The position numbers and the translations under genes are program-made. 64,000 bases of DNA from Actinomycetota bacterium. GTDB taxonomy: Bacteria > Actinomycetota > Actinomycetes > Actinomycetales > Microbacteriaceae. Every line of letters starts with the position of its first letter. The stretch's first letter is position 1. The notes under the pieces were generated by a model. The model saw only the letters and a list, made by a program, of their open reading frames with translations. It was not told where the DNA came from and did no database searches. Below are positions 48,619 to 57,931 of this stretch, in pieces. The stretch covers positions 66-64,065 of the forward strand of contig JBDLQA010000020.1 of NCBI GenBank assembly GCA_039800845.1. The letters are read 5' to 3'.

Positions 48619-49597
48619 AATGACCAAGGTTTTCGGACCGGAACGCACCAATCTGATGTACGCCATCATCGGCCACGTAATGAACGTGGGCGAGGCCAGC
48701 ATCGCCGAACTGGCCGACCGCTTCGGATACACCGCCACAGAGGTTGAGGAAGCCGTGCGCTCCATCGGCGTTGCCGATACTGGAGAAACCGCTTCATACT
48801 TCAACAGTCCGTTCGAGCTTGATTACGACGCACTTGAAGAAGAGCAGATCGTGACTTTCGTTGACCACTCCGTGGAGATGGCAACCCCGCGTCTAACAAC
48901 CAAGCAGACCGCCGCCATCAGCGCAGGTTTGAAGGTTTTGGAGCAGATTCCCGGCTTCGAATACCGCGATGAAGTTGCCGAACTTTTGGACGCCCTGCAC
49001 GCCGGTTCTGGAGCGATGGATGCCGACACCATCCAGGTTGCTACCGGTCACGTGGATTCCGATATCCTGTTGCTTCGCGAGGCAATCTTGAACTCCGTTG
49101 CCATCCGCTGCAACTACCGCAACGGCAAGGGCGAGGTCACTGAGGGCCGTGTCATCGAGCCTCTTCGCCTGGAATCTCGTGATCAGGTCTGGTACCTGCG
49201 CGGATTCTGCGTCAGCAAGAATCAGGAAGTGCGCGTCTTCCGCCTGGATGCCATGGATGCGGTGGAACTCACTGACCTGCCCATCGATGAAGCTCACAAG
49301 CAGATTCCACTGGAGGGCGACCTTTACGAGGCGGGGGAGAACGCCATTTCCGTTGTCCTGGAAGTAGACCCGGAAGCCTATGCGGTTTTGCACGACTACA
49401 GGGCCAGCGTTTCGCACAAACCAAAGGGAACCGTTCGCGCGGAAATCAAGGTTTCCAGCCTGCTGACCCTGCCACCTATGGTTGCCAGTTACGGTGGAGC
49501 GGTGCGAGTTCTTGCACCCGCCGAGGCCCGAGTACTAGTGCGAAACTTTGCCCTGGCTGCCCTAGGTGAACCAGTGCCTGTTGAAGGTGCCGAATAA
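48611..49597 (+). CDS. pafC: WYL-domain transcriptional regulator PafC
   Basis: HTH (SIAELADRFG), IEPLRL, WYLRGFC, RVFRLD. Confidence 0.87.
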   Translation: MPKMTKVFGPERTNLMYAIIGHVMNVGEASIAELADRFGYTATEVEEAVRSIGVADTGETASYFNSPFELDYDALEEEQIVTFVDHSVEMATPRLTTKQTAAISAGLKVLEQIPGFEYRDEVAELLDALHAGSGAMDADTIQVATGHVDSDILLLREAILNSVAIRCNYRNGKGEVTEGRVIEPLRLESRDQVWYLRGFCVSKNQEVRVFRLDAMDAVELTDLPIDEAHKQIPLEGDLYEAGENAISVVLEVDPEAYAVLHDYRASVSHKPKGTVRAEIKVSSLLTLPPMVASYGGAVRVLAPAEARVLVRNFALAALGEPVPVEGAE

Positions 49598-49902
49598 TGC
49601 CATTCTGGGCCTGGCTGCTGATTGATTTCGGCGTGCTGATTCTTGGCGCTGGCTGGTGGACCTACCTGCTTTGGGACCTCTACAACCGAGGCAAGAGAAT
49701 CGTGAATGACTCCGCCGAAACCATCGCTGCGGTGGAAGAGCTGCAAAAAGCCTTGGAAACCACCGAAACTTATGAAAAACCTGCCTCGGACCTATCCGCG
49801 GATCCGGTGAAAAAAGAGGCAGCTTGGTTGCGTCGCAAAGCCAACTCGGAGCAGAAGAAACTCGACAGACAGCGTAGGCTTATAGCGAGACTTCGAAAGT
49901 AG
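49597..49902 (+). CDS. Membrane-anchored hypothetical protein
   Basis: N-terminal TM helix then charged helical region; TAATG coupling to pafC. Confidence 0.7.
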   Translation: MPFWAWLLIDFGVLILGAGWWTYLLWDLYNRGKRIVNDSAETIAAVEELQKALETTETYEKPASDLSADPVKKEAAWLRRKANSEQKKLDRQRRLIARLRK

Positions 49903-49907
49903 GACAC

Positions 49908-50108
49908 GTGTTCAAAACTCTGTTTGAAGGCCCTGTGGGCGTCATCCTGATTCTGATTATTCTGGCCGTATTTTTCGGTCCGAAGCTTCCTGGCGCAGCA
50001 AAGGGAATCGCTCAGTCGATCAAGGTTTTCAAGAAGGAACTCAACGACGGAAAGTCGAACGAGTCCAAGGATGGCGACAAGAAGGCTGACAAGCCTTCGG
50101 ACGACTAA
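49908..50108 (+). CDS. tatA: Twin-arginine translocase TatA
   Basis: TM helix, FFGPKLP hinge, amphipathic helix, charged tail. Confidence 0.9.
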   Translation: MFKTLFEGPVGVILILIILAVFFGPKLPGAAKGIAQSIKVFKKELNDGKSNESKDGDKKADKPSDD

Positions 50109-50155
50109 CAGTCGTTCCCTTCAACTTCCCAATTTCACCAACCCCACCAACGATT

Positions 50156-50959
50156 ATGGCGAGGCGCAAGAATCCAGATGCCCAGATGAAACTGGGCGGT
50201 CACCTGAAGGAATTCAGGAATCGATTCTTTGTCGCCTCGCTTTTCATAATTGCGGGCTCGGTGGCAGGTTGGTACCTGTTTGACCCGGTTTTCAATGCGC
50301 TTCAGCAGCCGATTTTGACGGTTGCCAAGGATGCCCACATCAATGCAACGGTGAACTTTGGAACCATCGGTGGCGCCTTCGACCTTCGCCTTCAGATTGC
50401 TGCTTCCATCGGCGTGGTTATTTCAAGTCCGTTATGGCTCTACCAGCTCTGGGCCTTCATTGTGCCCGCTCTGCGCCGCAGGGAAAAGCTCTACACCGTG
50501 GCCTTCTTGGCGGCAGCCATCCCGCTGTTTGTAGGGGGCTGCGCAATGGCCTGGTATGCCTTGCCAAACTTCGTTCATGCGCTGCTGTCCATGACTCCAG
50601 CCGGAAGCGCAAACCTCATCAACGCCAATGAATACATTCTTTTCGCGGTTCGAATCCTGCTGGTCTTCGGAATCGCTTTCGTTCTTCCGGTTGTGCTGGT
50701 TTTGCTCAACTTCATGGGTTTGCTGAGCGCCAAAGCGATTGTCAAAGGTTGGCGACTCGCAGTAGTAATCTCAGCCTTTATCGCCGCGCTTTCCACTCCG
50801 GTGGCAGATCCAACCAGCATGTTCTTGCTGATGATTCCACTGCTGGTTTTGTACTTCGTTGCTTTGGGCATTGCCGCATTGCGCGATCGCATCGTCGGTA
50901 ACCGCCAGTCCAAAATGCTGGCCGAATACGGCATCTCCGATGTCACAGAGAGCGCCTAG
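50156..50959 (+). CDS. tatC: Twin-arginine translocase TatC
   Basis: HLKEFRNR, YQLWAFIVPAL, TPVADP; six TM helices. Confidence 0.95.
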   Translation: MARRKNPDAQMKLGGHLKEFRNRFFVASLFIIAGSVAGWYLFDPVFNALQQPILTVAKDAHINATVNFGTIGGAFDLRLQIAASIGVVISSPLWLYQLWAFIVPALRRREKLYTVAFLAAAIPLFVGGCAMAWYALPNFVHALLSMTPAGSANLINANEYILFAVRILLVFGIAFVLPVVLVLLNFMGLLSAKAIVKGWRLAVVISAFIAALSTPVADPTSMFLLMIPLLVLYFVALGIAALRDRIVGNRQSKMLAEYGISDVTESA

Positions 50960-53439
50960 TGCCAAGCCAGAAACGCCCAAAATCCAAAGCCCCAGTAGAG
51001 GACACCCGAAGCCCATCGGAACGGTACGCGGCAGCAAAAGACGCTAAGCGAATTGAGGCCGTGGAGGATTTCCGCGCGCTTATAAAGTTCCCGCTGGACA
51101 ACTTCCAGGAACGCGCTTGTCGCTCACTGGCAACCGACAAAAGCGTGCTGGTGGCGGCGCCAACCGGAGCCGGCAAGACCATCGTTGGTGAGTTCGCTAT
51201 CCACTTGGCAATCGCCAAGGATTTGAAGGTTTTCTACACCACCCCGATCAAGGCGCTGTCCAACCAGAAGTATGCGGAACTTTGCAAACGATACGGTGAG
51301 TCACGAGTCGGCCTGCTGACAGGCGATAACAACACCAACTCCGACGCGCAGATTGTTGTGATGACAACCGAAGTGCTACGCAACATGATTTACGCCAACA
51401 GCGACAGCCTGATCAACTTGGGCTATGTGGTGATGGATGAAGTGCACTATTTGGCCGACAGGTTCCGCGGAGCCGTTTGGGAAGAGGTGATCCTGCACCT
51501 TCCGAAGGATGTAAAGATCATCAGCCTGAGTGCCACGGTGAGCAACGCCGAGGAATTTGGTGCCTGGCTAAACGAGGTCCGCGGCCAGACCGATGTAATC
51601 GTCTCTGAAATCAGGCCGGTTCCACTAACCCAGCACGTCCTCTTCAAAGACGAGCTGATGCCCCTGTTCGACGGCAGGGGAGAGGGTCGGGTCAACCCCG
51701 AGCTGCTTCAAATGCACAACAACAAGTTGCGCCAAAATCAGCCGAAACAGAGCCGCGGCAAGAACGCAAAGCCGGGTGGTTACCGAAACCGCGAACCCCA
51801 GATTGAGCGCCTCTCGAAGCCGGAAATCATCGACATTCTGGATGAAGCAGAACTGCTACCCGCAATCTTCTTCGTGTTCTCCAGAGCCGGATGCGAGGCC
51901 GCGGTTCGCGCCTGCCACCACAGCAGCATCCGTCTAACCACCAAAGAAGAGCAGCGCCAGATCCGCATGTTTGTGGAGGAGCGCGTTTACAACATCGCCG
52001 ATGAGGACCTCAGCACACTTGGCTACTTCGAATGGCTGGCGGGGTTGGAACGTGGCGTTGCAGCCCACCACGCGGGCATGCTTCCGGCGTTCAAGGAGGT
52101 AGTTGAGGAACTGTTCCTTCGCCGCTTGGTGAAGGTTGTTTTCGCCACCGAAACCCTGGCGCTCGGCATCAATATGCCTGCCCGTACGGTGGTTCTGGAG
52201 CGCCTGGATAAGTACAACGGCGAGGGTAGAGTTCAACTCACACCGGGCGAATACACACAGCTGACCGGTCGCGCCGGCCGTCGCGGAATCGACACCGAGG
52301 GCCACAGCGTTATTCAGTGGGCGGGCAACCTGGACCCGATGACTGTTTCGGGTCTGGCATCCAAGCGCACCTATCCGATGATGAGCTCGTTCCGCCCAAC
52401 GCACAACATGACCGTGAACCTTCTTGAGGCCTTCGGTCGAAAGCGTGCCCGCGAAGTTCTGGAGACCTCGTTCGCCCAGTTCCAAGCCGACCGTTCGGTG
52501 GTTGGCCTGGCACGAGGTATCCGTGAAAAGCAGATGTCTCTTCAGGGCTATGAAGAAGCGATGCAGTGCCACTTGGGAGACTTCGCGGAATACGCCCAAA
52601 TGCGCCGCGACATCACCGATCTTGAGCGCGTCATGGCGGCCGGCCGGGTCAGAGCGGAACGCGGCAAGCAGGTGCGCATCAGCGACAAACGCCGAGAAGC
52701 CGAAAAGCAGATCAATGACCTAAAGCAGCGCGTGCGCCAGCACCCTTGTCACGGTTGTAGCGAGCGCGAACAGCATGCACGTTGGGGCGAGCGTTGGCAC
52801 CGACTTTCGCGCGAAATCGAGCAGGTTGTCAGCCAGATCGAACGACACACCAACCAGGTGGCGCGCACATTCGACCGCATTTGCGACCTCCTGCTATCGC
52901 TCGACTACCTGGTTGAGAAAGACGGCGACCTAGACGTTTTGGAAGACGGCAAGACTCTGGCGCGCATCTATGGAGACCGCGACTTGCTGGTGAGCGAGTG
53001 CCTCCGTTCAGGCTATTGGCGAGACCTTGACCCTGCCGGTCTGGCTGCGATGGCTGCGGCCTTGGTCTATGAAGGCCGCCGCGATGACGAAAACTTTGAG
53101 ATCAAACTTCCGCGTGGAAACTTCGAGCAGGCGTTTGAGCGCACCGAAGACATGCTCGAGGACCTTGACAACTTGGCCAAGCAGCACAAACTGCCAGGCT
53201 CCTCACCGATGCAAGCGGCCCTGTGTCTGCCGATTCACCGCTGGGCCACCGGAGCAAAGTTGGATTCGGTGCTGCAGCAGGCAGACTTGCTGCCAGGCGA
53301 CTTCATTAGATGGACCAAGCAGATCATCGACATGCTGGATCAGATCTCTCAGGTAGCCGAGCCTGCAATCGCTGCCACCGCGAAGCAAGCCGTAGACAAG
53401 GTAAAACGCGGTATCGTGGCCTACTCGTACTATGGCTAA
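50959..53439 (+). CDS. helY: Ski2-like DEAD/DEAH RNA helicase HelY
   Basis: APTGAGKT, PIKALSNQK, DEVH, SAT, QLTGRAGRRG, C-terminal DSHCT domain. Confidence 0.93.
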   Translation: MPSQKRPKSKAPVEDTRSPSERYAAAKDAKRIEAVEDFRALIKFPLDNFQERACRSLATDKSVLVAAPTGAGKTIVGEFAIHLAIAKDLKVFYTTPIKALSNQKYAELCKRYGESRVGLLTGDNNTNSDAQIVVMTTEVLRNMIYANSDSLINLGYVVMDEVHYLADRFRGAVWEEVILHLPKDVKIISLSATVSNAEEFGAWLNEVRGQTDVIVSEIRPVPLTQHVLFKDELMPLFDGRGEGRVNPELLQMHNNKLRQNQPKQSRGKNAKPGGYRNREPQIERLSKPEIIDILDEAELLPAIFFVFSRAGCEAAVRACHHSSIRLTTKEEQRQIRMFVEERVYNIADEDLSTLGYFEWLAGLERGVAAHHAGMLPAFKEVVEELFLRRLVKVVFATETLALGINMPARTVVLERLDKYNGEGRVQLTPGEYTQLTGRAGRRGIDTEGHSVIQWAGNLDPMTVSGLASKRTYPMMSSFRPTHNMTVNLLEAFGRKRAREVLETSFAQFQADRSVVGLARGIREKQMSLQGYEEAMQCHLGDFAEYAQMRRDITDLERVMAAGRVRAERGKQVRISDKRREAEKQINDLKQRVRQHPCHGCSEREQHARWGERWHRLSREIEQVVSQIERHTNQVARTFDRICDLLLSLDYLVEKDGDLDVLEDGKTLARIYGDRDLLVSECLRSGYWRDLDPAGLAAMAAALVYEGRRDDENFEIKLPRGNFEQAFERTEDMLEDLDNLAKQHKLPGSSPMQAALCLPIHRWATGAKLDSVLQQADLLPGDFIRWTKQIIDMLDQISQVAEPAIAATAKQAVDKVKRGIVAYSYYG

Positions 53440-55834
53440 CCGTCCTAACGTTGGCCGAATGCCGGCTGTACGAACACCAGCCGGCCTAGTAATGGCATTG
53501 ATTTGGCGCCCGCTTACCGCCATTGCTGGAGGCTTACTGGCAGGGCTGGCTCTGCCTCGCGCAGATTTGTGGGGGGCAATATTCGCATCGGTGATTCTCA
53601 TTCACCTAGCTGTTCGAGGACTTGGCTTCTGGAAGGGAACCGGCATCGGTCTCTTTGCCGGCGTGACTTTCTATGCGTCGCAGAGCGTCTGGATGTCGCG
53701 CTATCTTGGGCCCGAGCCGTGGCTTGCCCTGTCTGTGCTTGAAGGCATCATCTTCGCGCTCGGACTCGGGCTTGCCGCTGTGGTTTGGAAGTGGCTTGCT
53801 GGGCATCGAAGGCGCCTGCGAGCCTGGTACCAGTTGCTGGTTACAATCTGGCTGCCCGCGATTTGGGTGGCCCGCGAATGGATCGCCTGCCATTTTCCAT
53901 ACGGCGGTTACCAGTGGTCGCGTTTGGGCCAGGCCGCGGCAAACACGGTGCTGGCGCAACTGGCGTTTTACGGTGGCATCAGCCTGGTCAGTTTCGCGGT
54001 TGCCGCACTATCGGTGGGTGTTCTTCTAAAGGTTGAAACACTGCTGGTCTTGGGGCTAAAGAACCGCAAATACTGGGCAAGCCGCATTGCCGCCGGGCTC
54101 TCGGTTGGGTTGGCACTGCTGGCACTTTCCGTCGGACACTATACACTCGCGGTGGTGCCGGCTTCCCCTGCGGCAACCACCCACGAGTCGGGAGCTCACC
54201 CGAAGGTTCTGCGCTTACTGGCAATTCAGGGCAACGCGAATGCCGGCCTGTTTGCGAATCCCGTTCCGGGAAGCATTCTCAGCAAGCATTTGGCAGCGAC
54301 CGAAGACTTCCTGACCAAGCATCCCAAGGAGCAATTCGACCTGATTGTTTGGCCTGAAAACTCCGCCGATGTGGACCCGCTGCGCAATCCGTTAGCCGCT
54401 AACGCAATCCGCTCGGTGGTTGCCAAAACCGGGAAACCGCTGCTGGTTGGTGCGGTAACCGAGCGTGGCGCGAAAGAGTACAACTCGGGTTTGCTCTTCC
54501 AACCGGCCAGCGCCAAAGTGCTCCAGTACGACAAGCTTCGCCCCGTTCCATTCGGTGAATACGTGCCGGATCGAGCATTCTGGCGCACGTTCGCACCAGA
54601 CCTAATCGACCTAATCTCTAGAGGGTTCACTCCCGGCACTCGTTCCGGCGTGCTTCCCGCGGCCGGCACACGCATCGGTGACCTTATTTGTTTTGAAATC
54701 GGCATCGATGAAATCCCGCGAAATCTGGTGCGCGGGGGAGCAGCGTTTATTGTCAGCCAGGCTAATAACTCCGATTTCGGGCACACCGCGGAGGCATTCC
54801 AGCAAGAGGCTCTGGTTCGCCTGCAGGCTATTTCCACAGGTCGTTCGATAGTTCATGCGAGCACCGTGGCCACCACCGAAATCGTTGACCCTCAAGGTCG
54901 CGTGCTTTCCGCAACTCGAGCATTCGAACCTGGCGCAGCTATCGCCACAATCCCTCTTAGCGACGAGCTAACTCCGGCCATGCGATTCTTCGGCTGGGTG
55001 GATTGGACCAGCCTCGCATTGGCGGTCTTAGGCGCCTTGATTCTGTTGGACCTTCAGGTTCTTAAACGCATAACCTCAGGTTCTTCTCAGCCTCATCTTC
55101 TAGATTCGATCGAAGTCGATCGAGAGGCTCCTTTGAACACGCTGGTAATCATGCCCACCTACAACGAGGCTGAGAGCATTCAACGCATCGCCGGCCACCT
55201 GTTGGAGGTTGTTGCAGGTGTTGACCTGCTGATTGTTGACGACAACAGCCCCGATGGCACCGGTGCCTTGGCTGACGCGATGGCGGCGGCAAACCCTCGA
55301 GTGCACGTGCTGCACCGCACCGAGAAAAATGGTCTTGGCCCCGCTTACCTGGCAGGCTTCGCGTGGGGATTTGAGCACAAATACGACTACCTGGTGGAAA
55401 TGGACGCCGACGGTAGCCACCGAGCCGAAGACCTACTTTCACTGCTTGCACAGGCTGCAAACCATGACTTAGTGATCGGTTCGCGCTGGGTAAAGGGTGG
55501 GAAGGTTGTGAACTGGCCGCTTTCCAGGCAGATCATCAGCCGCGTTGGCAACATTTACGCACGGACCATGCTTCGCACCGGCATCCGTGACATCACCGCT
55601 GGTTTCCGCGTCTTCCGCTCCGACTTCTTGAAACAGCTAGACCTCAGCACCGTGGCCTCAGCGGGGTACTCGTTCCAGGTGGAAATGGCCTGGCGCTGCT
55701 ACAACGCCAAAGCACGCATTCAGGAGGTGCCGATCACCTTCGTGGAGCGTGAAACCGGCTACTCCAAGATGAGCAAAAAGATTGTTTTCGAGGCTCTGTG
55801 GCGCGTGACCCGATGGGGTCTCCGCCTGGCCTAA
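53432..55834 (+). CDS. lnt: Fused apolipoprotein N-acyltransferase / polyprenol-monophosphomannose synthase (Lnt-Ppm1)
   Basis: Nitrilase triad WPEN, YDK..PVPFGEY, ICFE, then in-frame GT2 domain PTYNE, DDNSPDGT, EMDADGSH, GYSFQVE; start uncertain. Confidence 0.9.
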   Translation: MANRPNVGRMPAVRTPAGLVMALIWRPLTAIAGGLLAGLALPRADLWGAIFASVILIHLAVRGLGFWKGTGIGLFAGVTFYASQSVWMSRYLGPEPWLALSVLEGIIFALGLGLAAVVWKWLAGHRRRLRAWYQLLVTIWLPAIWVAREWIACHFPYGGYQWSRLGQAAANTVLAQLAFYGGISLVSFAVAALSVGVLLKVETLLVLGLKNRKYWASRIAAGLSVGLALLALSVGHYTLAVVPASPAATTHESGAHPKVLRLLAIQGNANAGLFANPVPGSILSKHLAATEDFLTKHPKEQFDLIVWPENSADVDPLRNPLAANAIRSVVAKTGKPLLVGAVTERGAKEYNSGLLFQPASAKVLQYDKLRPVPFGEYVPDRAFWRTFAPDLIDLISRGFTPGTRSGVLPAAGTRIGDLICFEIGIDEIPRNLVRGGAAFIVSQANNSDFGHTAEAFQQEALVRLQAISTGRSIVHASTVATTEIVDPQGRVLSATRAFEPGAAIATIPLSDELTPAMRFFGWVDWTSLALAVLGALILLDLQVLKRITSGSSQPHLLDSIEVDREAPLNTLVIMPTYNEAESIQRIAGHLLEVVAGVDLLIVDDNSPDGTGALADAMAAANPRVHVLHRTEKNGLGPAYLAGFAWGFEHKYDYLVEMDADGSHRAEDLLSLLAQAANHDLVIGSRWVKGGKVVNWPLSRQIISRVGNIYARTMLRTGIRDITAGFRVFRSDFLKQLDLSTVASAGYSFQVEMAWRCYNAKARIQEVPITFVERETGYSKMSKKIVFEALWRVTRWGLRLA

Positions 55835-55855
55835 ACCAAACCAAACCAAACCAAA
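55833..55855. repeat. (AAACC)4 microsatellite
   Basis: AAACCAAACCAAACCAAACCAAA immediately after the lnt-ppm1 stop. Confidence 0.75.
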
Positions 55856-55859
55856 AGTA

Positions 55860-55900
55860 AAGAGCCACCCTTCGGATTGCAGTCCGAGCGGGTGGCTCTT
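55860..55900. terminator. Terminator hairpin between convergent lnt-ppm1 and rbpA
   Basis: AAGAGCCACCC-TTCGGATTGCAGTCCGAGC-GGGTGGCTCTT. Confidence 0.8.
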
Positions 55901-56005
55901 CAAGTTGGCTTGGTAAATAAGCAGTATCGTCCCAAACGCAACTTCTACGCTGCCTTGCGAGGCAACGAAGCAGGGGAGAGGTGCCTAGATATCGGCTAGC
56001 GGCAC

Positions 56006-56380
56006 CTATGCGTGTTGAAGCGCCTTTGCTGCGGCGGCTTCGCGGCGGCTTCGCAGGTTAGCCAGTTGTTCGTCCAGAAGTTCCTGAAGTTCCTCGATGC
56101 TTCGACGCTCCAAAAGCATTTCCCAGTGGCTTCGAGGGGTCTTTTCCTCGTGCAGAGTTGGGTCGATCATTACGCCGTCAATCATCAGGATTGCTTCCTT
56201 GGAACAGGTTTTGCATTCCCAGGTTTCCGGCACTTCGGCGTCAACCGCAAAGTTCAGGTCCGAAATGTGTCCGAGCACGCACTGATAGCTGTGCTTGGTG
56301 CGAGCTTCAAACTTCACATTGCGCTCGGTCTCCAGGCTGTTGGTGCCAAGACGCATACCGCGCATCGATGATTGAGACAT
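56006..56380 (-). CDS. rbpA: RNA polymerase-binding protein RbpA
   Basis: SMRGMRLG..SLE, YQC..GH, PETWEC..C, RSHWEMLLERRS..EL. Confidence 0.93.
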   Translation of the reverse strand: MSQSSMRGMRLGTNSLETERNVKFEARTKHSYQCVLGHISDLNFAVDAEVPETWECKTCSKEAILMIDGVMIDPTLHEEKTPRSHWEMLLERRSIEELQELLDEQLANLRSRREAAAAKALQHA

Positions 56381-56470
56381 TTGTCGCTCCTTCGTTCACC
56401 CAACGGTGAATAACGCCTTTTGGGCGATTTCGGATTTCGCGGCAACATCTTTGATTGCCACGCAGTGCTA

Positions 56471-56496
56471 AACACTCCGAAACGGAAAAAGATTCC
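56471..56496 (-). promoter_or_regulatory. SigR/SigE-type ECF promoter of rbpA
   Basis: Minus-strand GGAAT-N18-GTT; rbpA is an established SigR/SigE target in Streptomyces and Mycobacterium. Confidence 0.7.
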
Positions 56497-56530
56497 GAAA
56501 TGAAGGAATTGTTCAGGAAATAAAAGGCAG

Positions 56531-57289
56531 CTACTTACGAAGTGCGGCAACGGCCAAATCGGCACGGTCGGTAACAATGCCGTCGGCACCGGCCGCAACC
56601 AGGCGCAGCATCTCTGCCGGCTCATTGATGGTCCAGTAGTGCACTTCAACGCCATGCTTTTGAACGCTGCTTATAAACCTAGGGGAGTCGAGGCGCAGCC
56701 GTCCCTGGCTAACTGGGATCTGCAAGGCGCTCATCTTGGTCAGCGCCATGCCCAACAGAATTCCGGCACCGATTTTCTGGGCCAGGATGGCTCGAAGAGT
56801 GCGGATTGCGCCGGCACTGCGTGCCACTCCAGGCAGCTTTGAAGCGGCTGCGTCGCCACGTGCATCGCTGAAACTGGCAACTAGAACCCGTGCCTGCGCG
56901 CCATGTTCGACGATAACTCGGGTGCCCGACGTGATGGATCCGACAGTCTTGAAATCGAGGTTGAATCGAGCGGTAGGGAAGCGCTCTAAGGCTTCAGCCA
57001 GAGATGGAATGTGCCCGCCGTGTTCCAGTTTTAGCTTTTGCAGTTCAGCGAAGGAAAGCTTGTAAACAGGGCTATCCACGCCCGCGACCCTCAGGAGGTT
57101 GTCGTCGTGGAACAGCACAGGAACACCGTCAGCGGAAACCTGGATGTCGCTCTCGATGAAGTCCGCACCTACTTCCAGGGCACGAGCAAAAGCCGGGAGA
57201 GTGTTTTCGTCTAGAGCCGATCCATCGGCGGCAATTGCCAAGCCACGGTGAGCCAAAATGCGCACGGATTCGGTGGGGTAGAGGTACAC
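56531..57289 (-). CDS. Glycerophosphodiester phosphodiesterase family protein
   Basis: AHRG, ENTLPAF, ESD, HD, WTIN, GIVTDR. Confidence 0.9.
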   Translation of the reverse strand: MYLYPTESVRILAHRGLAIAADGSALDENTLPAFARALEVGADFIESDIQVSADGVPVLFHDDNLLRVAGVDSPVYKLSFAELQKLKLEHGGHIPSLAEALERFPTARFNLDFKTVGSITSGTRVIVEHGAQARVLVASFSDARGDAAASKLPGVARSAGAIRTLRAILAQKIGAGILLGMALTKMSALQIPVSQGRLRLDSPRFISSVQKHGVEVHYWTINEPAEMLRLVAAGADGIVTDRADLAVAALRK

Positions 57290-57306
57290 GAGGCTAGGCT
57301 AGCAAC

Positions 57307-57915
57307 ATGCCTGCCCTAAAGCCTGTAGCACTCGCCAAACTATTCGTTGGCCTCTATATCTTTGGCTGGGGAGTGGCGCTTATGGTCCACTCGGCGATTG
57401 GTCTAGGCCCCTGGGATATCTTTGCTCAGGGTGTTTCCAAAGTTATGCATACCAGTTACGGTCTGGCAAGCATCGTGGTTAGTGCCATCGTGCTTATCTG
57501 CTGGATTCCACTGAAGCAGCGGCCAGCTTTTGGCACCTTGATGAACGCTGTCCTTATCGGACTATTCGCAGACACAGTATTCCCGATCCTTCCCGTTTTG
57601 ACGGACTACTGGCAGCAGCTTTTGATGTTTGTTTTGGGCATGCTTTTGCTGGCACTTGCCACAGGCCTTTATATTTCCGCCAACTACGGCATGGGGCCAC
57701 GAGACGGCCTAATGGTAGGCACCGCCAGAGTCACCGGCTGGGCGATTTGGAAGGTCCGAATGGGCTACGAGTTCCTGGTTATGGTAACCGGATGGCTGAT
57801 GGGCGGTCAGGTGCGTGAAGGAACGCTAATTTTCGCCGTTTGCATCGGATTTTTGATGCAGTGGTCGTTGAAATTGTTCAAAGTGAAGGCTCACCGCCCT
57901 GTTGAGGAAGCCTAA
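57307..57915 (+). CDS. YczE/YyaS/YitT family membrane protein
   Basis: GLGPWD, GTLMN, GMGPRDGLM repeat motifs. Confidence 0.85.
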   Translation: MPALKPVALAKLFVGLYIFGWGVALMVHSAIGLGPWDIFAQGVSKVMHTSYGLASIVVSAIVLICWIPLKQRPAFGTLMNAVLIGLFADTVFPILPVLTDYWQQLLMFVLGMLLLALATGLYISANYGMGPRDGLMVGTARVTGWAIWKVRMGYEFLVMVTGWLMGGQVREGTLIFAVCIGFLMQWSLKLFKVKAHRPVEEA

Positions 57916-57931
57916 ACATTATGTCAAGTAA
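57916..57931 (+). repeat. Partial dif copy (3 bp of spacer + complete XerD arm), direct repeat of 58469-58484
   Basis: ACATTATGTCAAGTAA is identical (16/16) to the right part of the dif site. Confidence 0.8.

Noticed and set aside
47647-49597. Tandem WYL genes as an anti-phage defence regulator pair
   Set aside because: Synteny with fkbP-tatA-tatC-helY identifies them as housekeeping pafBC.
56426-56482. Possible three-way junction with GAAA upstream of rbpA (hammerhead-like)
   Set aside because: Lacks the CUGAnGA core, and its 5' strand overlaps the SigR-type promoter, so it would not be in that transcript.
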